A model generated the notes under the pieces. It did no database searches. It saw only the letters and a list, made by a program, of their open reading frames with translations, and was not told the origin of the DNA. Made by a program: the position numbers and the translations under genes. From Flavobacteriales bacterium (lineage in GTDB: Bacteria; Bacteroidota; Bacteroidia; Flavobacteriales_D; Sanyastnellaceae), in the NCBI GenBank assembly GCA_046075945.1, contig JBJTRD010000320.1, forward strand, positions 1 to 30,511: a stretch of DNA of 30,511 nucleotides, given 5' to 3'. Position 1 is the stretch's first letter, and each line of letters opens with the position of its first letter. Positions 1 through 8,345 of the stretch are shown here, in pieces.

Positions 1-3000
1 CCAACATCATTTGATTCAATCAGTCCAAGCAATGTCAAGGTATCCGAACAACCATTGCCATTCACTGCTATCAACGTGATATCATATTCACCACGCTCCT
101 GGTAGTAGTGTAAGGGATTTTCTTCTGTGGATGTTTCACCATCGCCGAAATCCCAGTAATAGGACGAGGCATTCGCTGAAAGGTTCAAGCAGTATACAGG
201 CTCGCCCGGCACATTTACGTTTGTGGGTGTTACTGCAAAAGAAGCCGTGGCGTTTGCATACACATAAATAATTTGTTCCTGCGTCAATGTGTTGCTGCTG
301 CCGTCAGGGCCGACCACATTCAGAGACACGGTGTAAATGCCGGGTTGATAGTAGGTATAAACCGGATTCTGGGCCGTGGACTGATTGCCATCGCCAAACG
401 ACCAGGTCGATACAACTGCATTCTCACTTAAGTTGGTGAATTCTACGCGCAAAGGAGCACATCCTTCAGCAGGTCCCGCAAAATTGGCCACCGGTGCCGG
501 AGGTAATATCTCAATTGTACGGTAGGTAGTATCACTGCAAAGACCGTTGCTCACCACCAATTGAATCGTAAACTCACCCCATGTTTCATAAGTATATGAA
601 CCCGGATTCACATCGAATAAAAACGATCCGTCACTCATATTCCAGGTAGCTCCCAGATTACCACCAACAGTTGTATTGGTAATATCAATGGTTGCGCTGG
701 GCCATAGCTGTGATTGAGGTGTTACTTCGAAGCCTGCTACAGGGTCAGCAAATACCAATATTTCCTGAGTCACGGTATCTGCACAACCAAAGTTGTCATA
801 CAGCAAGAGCTCCACGGTATAAGTAGTGTCATTCGTTCCGAAATTGAAAAACGTGTGCTGAGGTTCATACGCGTTTGAATTGTCTCCATCACCAAAATGC
901 CACTCGACACTTGTTCCTCCCTCGCTCGTATTGTCAAAAAACACCTCAAGCGGAGTACAACCCTGTTGAATGGAATTGAAATCGGCCTGCACCTCCGGTG
1001 GCACATCCAGTGTAAGTTGATCACTGCTTATACATCCATAATCTGTATACGCCTGAAGTGTAATGTTGAAAGTGAACAACTCGTCCGTAATGTTCACGTA
1101 CTGATGCTCATGAAACTCTTCTGCAGTAGAAGAGCTTTGCCCGGTTCCATACTGCCAATTGTACCCATCGGCACCAATTGAACCGTTGTAGAATACAACC
1201 GTCGACGGATAACATCCATACACTGAGTCAATTTGTGCAATAGCCTGTGGCGTATGCATCACATGGATTGTGCGAACGATGGTATCAGAGCATCCAAATA
1301 CATTGGTCGCAATCAACTGTGCATTGACATCCACGTCGAGGTCAAATGGTGCATTAAAGGTGAGAGCCGGCGACGTCTGCGAGGAAGTCTGCCCATCGCT
1401 AAAGTTCCATTGATAGGATACTGCGCCGACACTTTGGTTAATGAGCGGAGCCAAATGAGGCGAGCATCCCATCGTATCCGTAGTAAACAGGGCAACCACA
1501 TCGGGGTAAATCGTATAATTGAGTTGCGACTGGTCCACACAACCATCCGCCGAAGTGGCTACAAGTAATATGGTGTAGGAATTCGTCTGAAAAGGTGCAT
1601 TCGAATAATCGTGTGTATGTGCGGTAGCTGCTGTTATGGATGCTGTACCATCGCCATAATCCCACATATACGAAGCTGCTCCTGTTGAATTGTTGAACAT
1701 GGTAAGCGGCCCCGGCTCACAAGCATTGGTTTCATTCAACACAAAGGAAGCATTGGGCAGCGGATAAACTGTAAGCGGAGCAGAATACTGCGATTCACAA
1801 CCATAAGCCGATGTCACCAAAAGGGATACATCGAACACCTGTGTGGTATCCGAATTATTCGAGAAAAACACCACTGGGTTTTCCATGATGGATTGCATAC
1901 CATTCGCAAAGTTCCACTGATACGAAGCTCCGTTTTGACTTGTATTAATAAAGCCTAAGCTCACGGGAGAACAATAGGCTCCGGGATCTTCAAATTCCGC
2001 TTCGACATTCGGGTAGACCTGAATTACGAAATTCGCCTGCGCAGCGCACCCTTCAAGGGTCGATGCCTGCATAAAGACCTCAAAATCTTCTGCATCGGTG
2101 CCATTATTGACGAACGTGTGAGCATGCTGTGAAGCCGTTGTATTCGAAGAAGTGTTGTCGCCATATTGCCATACAATATTGTCGGCGAAGGTTGTTTCAT
2201 TTGCAAACGTCACAACCAATGGAGAACAACCCGCATTCACATTCGCCAACACATCCACCAAAGGAGTGGCAAAAACAGTAACCTGCTGCTCGACCGAATC
2301 TACACAGCCATATGCATTTGCTGCCAGCAGTGTAATGTCATACACTTCCGTTTCTCCTGATGTGTTCGAATAGTTGGTTGTTGGGTTTGGCATTATCGAC
2401 ATCAATCCATTTCCAAAAGACCATTCAAATGTTACCGCATTTTGACTTGTATTCACCAAAGCCAATTGCGCCGGTGAACAAAATGATCCCGGACTCAAAA
2501 AGCCAGCTGTTACACCGGGATAAATACTCAATTCAACTGTCGTCGACGAGTTACAGCCCTCATCAGAAACAGCAGAGAGAGTAACATCTACAAAATCGGG
2601 CGCAAGTCCTGTATTGGTATATAGATGGGTATGTATTGCATCGGTCGTTGTAGACCCGGCTCCATCACCATAGCTCCAAAGAATGTTGTCAGCAAACAAA
2701 GAATTATTGGTGAAGGTAACTTCAACAGGAGCACATCCGGAAAACACGCTTGGACTGAAATCAATCACGGGCGTTGGGTTTACCACCACCGGGTGATTTA
2801 TACTATCCACACATCCGTAGGTAGAAGTAGCTACTAGTTGAACATCATACACAATCGGATCTCCCGTATCGTTCACAAAGAATGACGTGGGTGCAGGTAT
2901 AGTAGAAACAGTCCCATTACCAAAGTCCCATTGCAACGAGTTTGCATTAACACTTGTGCTGTTGAATTGCACCGTTGCCGGAGTGCAATAAGCGGAAGGC

Positions 3001-6000
3001 TCAATGAAACCGGCATCAATCAACGGATAAACAGTAAGGGTAGAACTTTGCTGACTCGAGCAACCTTCATCGGTTGTAGCCAGGAGGGTTATGACAAATT
3101 CCTGAGCAATCGTTCCATTATTTTGATAGACAATTTGCTGCAGTGAATCTTCCGTAGAAGAAGTTATACCATTTCCATAGGTCCAAAGCAAATTGTCGGC
3201 TCTTACCGTTTGGTTTGAAATTTCCACCTCAACGGGAGCACATGCTGCTAATTCACTTAACGTAAATAATGCCGTTGGTGTGGTTTTCACCAAAAAAGTA
3301 TGCGACATAGAGTCAACACATCCAAACACCGATGAGCCTGTTAATGTTACTGTGTAAGGAACATCATTGTCTGTAATGTTTTCATAGACAGATGTCGGAT
3401 TGAGTGCCACTGATTGAAGACCATTGCCAAAATTCCAGGAATAAGAAGATACGTTGATACTGGTATTGCTAAAGGAGACAGTAGCCGGGGAGCAAACATC
3501 AACAGGCTCCACAAACGATACGTTTATTTGAGGATAGATTTCCAGATTGGCAGAGAATGAGCTTAAACAGCCATAAATATTCTGCGTAGCCAATGCAATC
3601 GTGCGTACCAATGGGGTAGTACCATTATTAATAAAAGTATGCGAATGCTGGAGTGCGGTTACTTGCGAAACACCGCCATCGCCATAATTCCAGTTGTACG
3701 TATCCGCACCTGACGACAAATTGGTAATATCAACCGTGAGTGGCGAGCAGCCGGAAGCTACGTTGGTATTGAATTGCGCCACCGAATTGGGAAACACGGT
3801 TATCTGAGTAACGACCGTATCCGAACAACCAAAAGCAGAAGTTCCGATTAGAGTCACATCGTACACAATCTCGTTTGAGGTAGTATTGTTGAACGTATGA
3901 ACCGGCATTGCAAATGTCGAACTGGTGCCATCACCAAAATCCCATTGATAAATCTGTGCCCCACCTACAAAAGGCATTGTAACTGTTAGTGGGGCGCACC
4001 CTTCTGAAGTCTCAATCGTTGGATTGAGGTTAATCAACGGATACACAAAAACCGTTTTCGATAACGTATCGTTGCATCCTTGCTGGTTAAATGCTATCAG
4101 CGTAACCTCAAAAACATCCAGAAAATTCGTGTTGTTGAAGTAGGTATGTGATGGACTCGCCACATTCGATGTAAAACCATCTCCAAAATTCCACGAATAA
4201 CCAAAGGCGTTCTGTGATTCGTTCTGGAAAAACGCCTCGAGTGGGCCGCATGTTGGTGGTGTACTATTATCAGTAAAATTGGCAATAGCACCGGGGTGTA
4301 CTACAATTTCAACCATGTCAGTTGTGCCACACCCGAAAGAGTTTAGAGCACCCAGCGTAACCTGATAGGTTGTGTCAGCGGTTCCAAAATTGAAAAAGGT
4401 TTGTTGGCCTGCGAAGTCATTCAATAAAATTCCATTCCCCAAATCCCATACATACGAGGCAGCCGGTTCACTCAGATTATCGAAGTTGACTACAAGCGGT
4501 GTACATCCCACCAGCACATCCGCAGCCAAAGAAGCTACAGGTGCCTCCTGAACGATAATATTCTCAGAAGTTTGACCGGGACAATGTTCTGTTGTTATAA
4601 AGAGTTGAACCAAAAAACTCCCCGTGCCTGTGTAAGTATGCGTGGGATTTTGTTGATCCGAAACCGTTCCATCGCCAAATGACCAGGCCCATTCAGTAAT
4701 ATCATTGTTCGAGGCTGAAATGGTAAGATCCGTGAATTGAGCCACTGCTCCTTCACACACATTAAATACATTGAAATCTACCTGGGGCGATTGGTATACT
4801 TCTATCGTAATATCATCTTCAGCCGCACACCCAAAAGAATTTTCGACTTCGAGCGTAACATGGTACTCACCGGGCTGAGTGTAATTCACAAGGGGTGGAT
4901 TGAGCCCATTAAACGCAGGGGTCCCATTATCCAAATTCCAAACCCACTGAACCGCATCGGGAGCAACCGCTGTGAAATCAACCTGCAGCTGATCGCACCC
5001 TTCTGTTTGGTCGGCGCTTATTGCAACCAACGGATTCGGTAGCACTACCACGGTGACGAAAGCAGTATCTGCACAACCACTGCTTCCCGATACACTTACG
5101 GCGCTTCCCACCTGGTATGTGCCAGGGGCGTTATATTGATAGGATAAGTTGCCGGAACCGGTCGTAAACCAGGTTGCATTGTTTCCAAAATTCCATTTGA
5201 AAACATTCGCTCCGCCAAATGACTGCTGAAAAAAAGTTATGGGCTGACCAACACACACCGTGTCGGTGCTTACTGCAATTTGCGCTGTTGGCGGTGGAAC
5301 AATCTGTATGGTTAAACTTGTGTTGGCCACGCCACAAAAATTGGAATCGGCCAGTTGGATCGTGTATGAACCGATTCCCGGCAAATGCAGTGTGCGCGGA
5401 AAACTCGGTGGCCAGGGAGTCCAATCAATTATGCTGTCCTCGCCTGTTCCCCAGTAATCGCCAAAGTTCCATGACTCGTAACGCTGGAAGATATTTCCTT
5501 GAAACAAACAATTTCGCTCGGTTGCATTGGTAAGCGTAACAGTAGTGTCCGGATAGCACAAGACCGTGGCCGATGCAGAAATAGCTGCATCGTCAATATC
5601 CCATATTCTGATTGGGTTGAACGTTGCCGTTGAGCTTCCACCCTGAACCATGTTACACATGTTTTGGGCGGTAAGCGTAACCTCTGTTTCACAATCCACA
5701 GTCCCTTGCTGATAGGTATGAGAAATGGTTTGGCCCAAATTTGTGCTGTTGAAACTCAATGGAGGTGAGCCATCGCCAAAATCCCATGTAAACTGAGTCG
5801 TTCCCGACACGTTTGTGGAAGAGTTTATGAACTCCATGGTTTGGGGAGCGCATGCCTGCGTGACACCACCCACCGGAATTTGAATAGAGGCGCTTGTAGC
5901 CTCCTCCATAACCACCGTTCCGATAACTGTGCAACCGGTGGAAGTTTCTGTTATAGTTACAGTGTAGGTAGTAACTGCGGCTGCGTATAAGTGATTCTGA

Positions 6001-6260
6001 AATGTTGGTGGGCCCCACGAAGAACCACTGGTTACGGGAGAACCATCGCCCCAGTTTATAGTGAAACCATTCCATGTGTTGGGTGTACTTAAATTAAACG
6101 AAAAATCATCGCCCGTGCACGAATACCAAAAAGGATTGGTAGGTGTCTGTCCATTAAAATCAAACACCCTGGGGCAGGGCTGCGCTCTTAAAAGCACGCT
6201 TGCCAGAACCAACACAAGGGTCGCTGAAATAATTTTTCTATGGACTATTGGCCGGCACAT
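1..6260 (-). CDS. Giant secreted PKD-repeat surface protein (>2086 aa, about 24 PKD-like Ig repeats), 3' end beyond left edge; probable T9SS cargo
   Basis: Hand translation from ATG at 6260 (MCRPIVHRKIISATLVLVLASVLLRA|QPCP..., signal peptide then Gln). No stop codon in this frame down to position 3. Repeated PKD core motifs W-x-F/Y-G-D/N-G, 'NP.HTY' and 'Y.V.L....GC.D'. Missing from the ORF track because the stop lies outside the window. Confidence 0.93.
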   Translation of the reverse strand, partial: MCRPIVHRKIISATLVLVLASVLLRAQPCPRVFDFNGQTPTNPFWYSCTGDDFSFNLSTPNTWNGFTINWGDGSPVTSGSSWGPPTFQNHLYAAAVTTYTVTITETSTGCTVIGTVVMEEATSASIQIPVGGVTQACAPQTMEFINSSTNVSGTTQFTWDFGDGSPPLSFNSTNLGQTISHTYQQGTVDCETEVTLTAQNMCNMVQGGSSTATFNPIRIWDIDDAAISASATVLCYPDTTVTLTNATERNCLFQGNIFQRYESWNFGDYWGTGEDSIIDWTPWPPSFPRTLHLPGIGSYTIQLADSNFCGVANTSLTIQIVPPPTAQIAVSTDTVCVGQPITFFQQSFGGANVFKWNFGNNATWFTTGSGNLSYQYNAPGTYQVGSAVSVSGSSGCADTAFVTVVVLPNPLVAISADQTEGCDQLQVDFTAVAPDAVQWVWNLDNGTPAFNGLNPPLVNYTQPGEYHVTLEVENSFGCAAEDDITIEVYQSPQVDFNVFNVCEGAVAQFTDLTISASNNDITEWAWSFGDGTVSDQQNPTHTYTGTGSFLVQLFITTEHCPGQTSENIIVQEAPVASLAADVLVGCTPLVVNFDNLSEPAASYVWDLGNGILLNDFAGQQTFFNFGTADTTYQVTLGALNSFGCGTTDMVEIVVHPGAIANFTDNSTPPTCGPLEAFFQNESQNAFGYSWNFGDGFTSNVASPSHTYFNNTNFLDVFEVTLIAFNQQGCNDTLSKTVFVYPLINLNPTIETSEGCAPLTVTMPFVGGAQIYQWDFGDGTSSTFAMPVHTFNNTTSNEIVYDVTLIGTSAFGCSDTVVTQITVFPNSVAQFNTNVASGCSPLTVDITNLSSGADTYNWNYGDGGVSQVTALQHSHTFINNGTTPLVRTIALATQNIYGCLSSFSANLEIYPQINVSFVEPVDVCSPATVSFSNTSINVSSYSWNFGNGLQSVALNPTSVYENITDNDVPYTVTLTGSSVFGCVDSMSHTFLVKTTPTALFTLSELAACAPVEVEISNQTVRADNLLWTYGNGITSSTEDSLQQIVYQNNGTIAQEFVITLLATTDEGCSSQQSSTLTVYPLIDAGFIEPSAYCTPATVQFNSTSVNANSLQWDFGNGTVSTIPAPTSFFVNDTGDPIVYDVQLVATSTYGCVDSINHPVVVNPTPVIDFSPSVFSGCAPVEVTFTNNSLFADNILWSYGDGAGSTTTDAIHTHLYTNTGLAPDFVDVTLSAVSDEGCNSSTTVELSIYPGVTAGFLSPGSFCSPAQLALVNTSQNAVTFEWSFGNGLMSIMPNPTTNYSNTSGETEVYDITLLAANAYGCVDSVEQQVTVFATPLVDVLANVNAGCSPLVVTFANETTFADNIVWQYGDNTSSNTTASQHAHTFVNNGTDAEDFEVFMQASTLEGCAAQANFVIQVYPNVEAEFEDPGAYCSPVSLGFINTSQNGASYQWNFANGMQSIMENPVVFFSNNSDTTQVFDVSLLVTSAYGCESQYSAPLTVYPLPNASFVLNETNACEPGPLTMFNNSTGAASYMWDYGDGTASITAATAHTHDYSNAPFQTNSYTILLVATSADGCVDQSQLNYTIYPDVVALFTTDTMGCSPHLAPLINQSVGAVSYQWNFSDGQTSSQTSPALTFNAPFDLDVDVNAQLIATNVFGCSDTIVRTIHVMHTPQAIAQIDSVYGCYPSTVVFYNGSIGADGYNWQYGTGQSSSTAEEFHEHQYVNITDELFTFNITLQAYTDYGCISSDQLTLDVPPEVQADFNSIQQGCTPLEVFFDNTSEGGTSVEWHFGDGDNSNAYEPQHTFFNFGTNDTTYTVELLLYDNFGCADTVTQEILVFADPVAGFEVTPQSQLWPSATIDITNTTVGGNLGATWNMSDGSFLFDVNPGSYTYETWGEFTIQLVVSNGLCSDTTYRTIEILPPAPVANFAGPAEGCAPLRVEFTNLSENAVVSTWSFGDGNQSTAQNPVYTYYQPGIYTVSLNVVGPDGSSNTLTQEQIIYVYANATASFAVTPTNVNVPGEPVYCLNLSANASSYYWDFGDGETSTEENPLHYYQERGEYDITLIAVNGNGCSDTLTLLGLIESNDV

Positions 6261-6372
6261 GGAAGTTTATACGGACTGAAATCGAAAAAGATACAGTGTC
6301 ATCATAGTAATTCGTTAAAGTTAATTACCTGACAACCTCTCACCAAATTTCAGATAGAATAATTTTGTCTTT

Positions 6373-6403
6373 CAAAGTTAGCGGTTGAAAATGGCAACAA
6401 CAA
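6373..6403 (-). promoter_or_regulatory. Bacteroidota sigma-A promoter (-33 TTG / -7 TAACTTTG) for the PKD-repeat gene
   Basis: Minus strand TAACTTTG at 6380-6373 matches the TAnnTTTG consensus exactly. TTG lies at 6403-6401 with a 20-nt spacer. Confidence 0.6.
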
Positions 6404-6453
6404 CCATGGAATTCGGATTTATCAATTCCCGCCTGTTAAGAGCTTTCTGCAAT

Positions 6454-6461
6454 TATTTTTG
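6454..6461 (+). promoter_or_regulatory. -7 promoter element TATTTTTG, 5 nt upstream of the panD ATG
   Basis: Exact TAnnTTTG match followed by CGGCC-ATG (6467). Confidence 0.6.
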
Positions 6462-6466
6462 CGGCC

Positions 6467-6820
6467 ATGTTACTTGAAGTGCTCAAATCAAAAATACACC
6501 GGGTCACTGTTACCGAGGCGAATCTCAATTACATCGGTAGTATTACCCTGGATCCGTTGCTCATGGAGGCTGCCGACATGATAGAAGGGGAAAAAGTTCA
6601 GGTGTTAAACTGCATGAACGGTGAAAGGCTCGAAACATACATTATTGAAGGCGAGCGGGGAAGCGGAGTAGTTTGCCTCAATGGACCCGCTGCACGAAAA
6701 GTAACGCCCGGCGATATCGTAATCGTTGTAACCTATGCTCACATGTCGCGAGAAGAAGCCAAATCATTCAAGCCCACCATCGTTTTTCCCGATACATCGA
6801 CTAATCAACTTTCAAAGTGA
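6467..6820 (+). CDS. panD: Aspartate 1-decarboxylase (117 aa)
   Basis: LKSKIHR (K9/H11), YIG|SIT autocleavage site, NGERLETY and LNGPAARK motifs. Confidence 0.97.
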   Translation: MLLEVLKSKIHRVTVTEANLNYIGSITLDPLLMEAADMIEGEKVQVLNCMNGERLETYIIEGERGSGVVCLNGPAARKVTPGDIVIVVTYAHMSREEAKSFKPTIVFPDTSTNQLSK

Positions 6821-6889
6821 AAAACTTTCTGAAAGTCAATGGATTTTCTATTCGCCACTTTTCATTTTTGAATACGTACAACGCGAATC

Positions 6890-7837
6890 ATTAAAAAGAT
6901 AATTACATACATCGTCTTTCTGGGACTAGCCGCCGCACTCATGTGGGTGCTGTACAAGGACATTAGCTGGGAAAACGATTTATTACCCGCACTCAAAACG
7001 GTAAGGTGGATATGGGTGTTCGCTTCCTTTGCCTTTGGATATGCTGCTATCGTTGTTCGCGGTTTGCGGTGGAACCTGATGCTCGAGCCGATGGGTTATC
7101 GTGTTCGAGGCTGGTGGGCTATTCACTCTGTGGCATTTGGGTATTGCATGAATAACCTAATACCACGCTCCGGAGAGCTTGTAAGATGCACGCTGCTCAA
7201 CCGTACCGATCATGTGCCGGTGAACAAGCTCATCGGCACCGTGCTCTTAGAACGATTGGTTGACATTGTGCTCATGGCTACCTTAATTTTCATAGCTTTC
7301 CTGCTAGAGCACGACGCATTCAATTCCATCTTCGCCCATGCCGATGGAGGTCGCGGTTCCTTATTACTTGTCTTGCTCATAGCAGCCATAGCCTCCTTTG
7401 TCGTCTTCCTTTTTCTACTCAAAAAGTTCGAACACATTCCGTTCTTTAAAAAAATCAGAGAGTTCTTTTTAGGAATGGTCGATGGCTTAAAAAGCATTTT
7501 CAAACTAAAGCAGAAAGCGCTGTTTTGGTCCTATTCACTCGGCATCTGGTTTTGCTGGTTGATGATGACGTTCACTTCTCTTCTCGCATTGGAAGAAACG
7601 TGCAGCATTACGCTTCGCCAAACCGTTTTCTTCATGGCCGCCAGCAGTCTGGGCATGATGGTACCCACACCGGGCGGAGCCGGAGCATTTCATGGCATGG
7701 CCGTGCTCGGACTGCAAGCGCTGGGATTCCAAGCCGATGTTGGGAAAATATACGCGCTCATTTCCTGGTCTATCAAAACACCCTGGGAAATTCTGGTGGG
7801 TGCCGTAAGCTTCATGATTGCAACCGCTCGCAAATAA
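6890..7837 (+). CDS. Lysylphosphatidylglycerol-synthase-TM / flippase-like (UPF0104) integral membrane protein; start uncertain (ATT 6890 or ATG 6941)
   Basis: Family motifs RGLRWNLML, NNLIPRSGELVRC, TVLLERLVD and PTPGGAGAFH; multiple hydrophobic helices. The first TM helix lies upstream of the first ATG (see findings). Confidence 0.82.
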   Translation: MKKIITYIVFLGLAAALMWVLYKDISWENDLLPALKTVRWIWVFASFAFGYAAIVVRGLRWNLMLEPMGYRVRGWWAIHSVAFGYCMNNLIPRSGELVRCTLLNRTDHVPVNKLIGTVLLERLVDIVLMATLIFIAFLLEHDAFNSIFAHADGGRGSLLLVLLIAAIASFVVFLFLLKKFEHIPFFKKIREFFLGMVDGLKSIFKLKQKALFWSYSLGIWFCWLMMTFTSLLALEETCSITLRQTVFFMAASSLGMMVPTPGGAGAFHGMAVLGLQALGFQADVGKIYALISWSIKTPWEILVGAVSFMIATARK

Positions 7838-7844
7838 CAACGCC

Positions 7845-8345
7845 ATGCATTACGCACATCTAAACGACTTACTTAAGGACGTGGAACGCAGAAAAGAAGA
7901 AGGCCAAAAAATCGTGTTCACCAATGGCGTGTTCGACATACTGCACGCAGGCCATGTGTCATACCTTGAAGAAGCCCGAAAACTCGGCGATTTTCTGGTT
8001 GTAGGAATTAATGACGACGCGTCGGTGAAGCGCTTAAACAAAGGTCCCGAACGTCCTATCCACGATGAAGTGGCCCGAGCAACCGTAGTAGCTGCTCTTC
8101 GATGCACAAATGCCACCATTATTTTTTCGGAAGATACACCGGCGAACTTAATAGAAACCATACAACCCGATGTGCTTGTGAAAGGTGGTGACTACGATGC
8201 AAATGAAACAAACCCGTCTTCTAAACGCTACATTGTGGGTTCTCTAGAGACTCGTCAACGCGGAGGACAAGTCATCTGCATACCACTTGTAGCAGGATAT
8301 TCAACTACTGCCGCTGTACAAAAAATTCTGACTAAAAAAGATTAA
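7845..8345 (+). CDS. rfaE2: RfaE2/HldC-like D-glycero-beta-D-manno-heptose 1-phosphate adenylyltransferase (cytidylyltransferase fold, 166 aa)
   Basis: VFTNGVFDILHAGH (HxGH), VVGINDDASVKRLNKGPERP, PDVLVKGGDY and C-terminal LVAGYSTT. Start moved to ATG 7845, after the upstream stop at 7837. Confidence 0.85.
   Translation: MHYAHLNDLLKDVERRKEEGQKIVFTNGVFDILHAGHVSYLEEARKLGDFLVVGINDDASVKRLNKGPERPIHDEVARATVVAALRCTNATIIFSEDTPANLIETIQPDVLVKGGDYDANETNPSSKRYIVGSLETRQRGGQVICIPLVAGYSTTAAVQKILTKKD

Noticed and set aside
770-6279. Many short ORF-track calls on both strands in 770-6279
   Set aside because: They are off-frame or antisense shadows of the single uninterrupted minus-strand PKD ORF, and none shows a recognisable motif.
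6839-6871. In-frame mini-ORF ATG...TTT-TGA (MDFLFATFHF*) upstream of the flippase-like gene; possible stop read-through or selenocysteine
   Set aside because: No SECIS-like hairpin was seen, and the extension does not look like the family's N-terminus. The ATT start gives a more natural sequence, and a 10-codon ORF is expected by chance.
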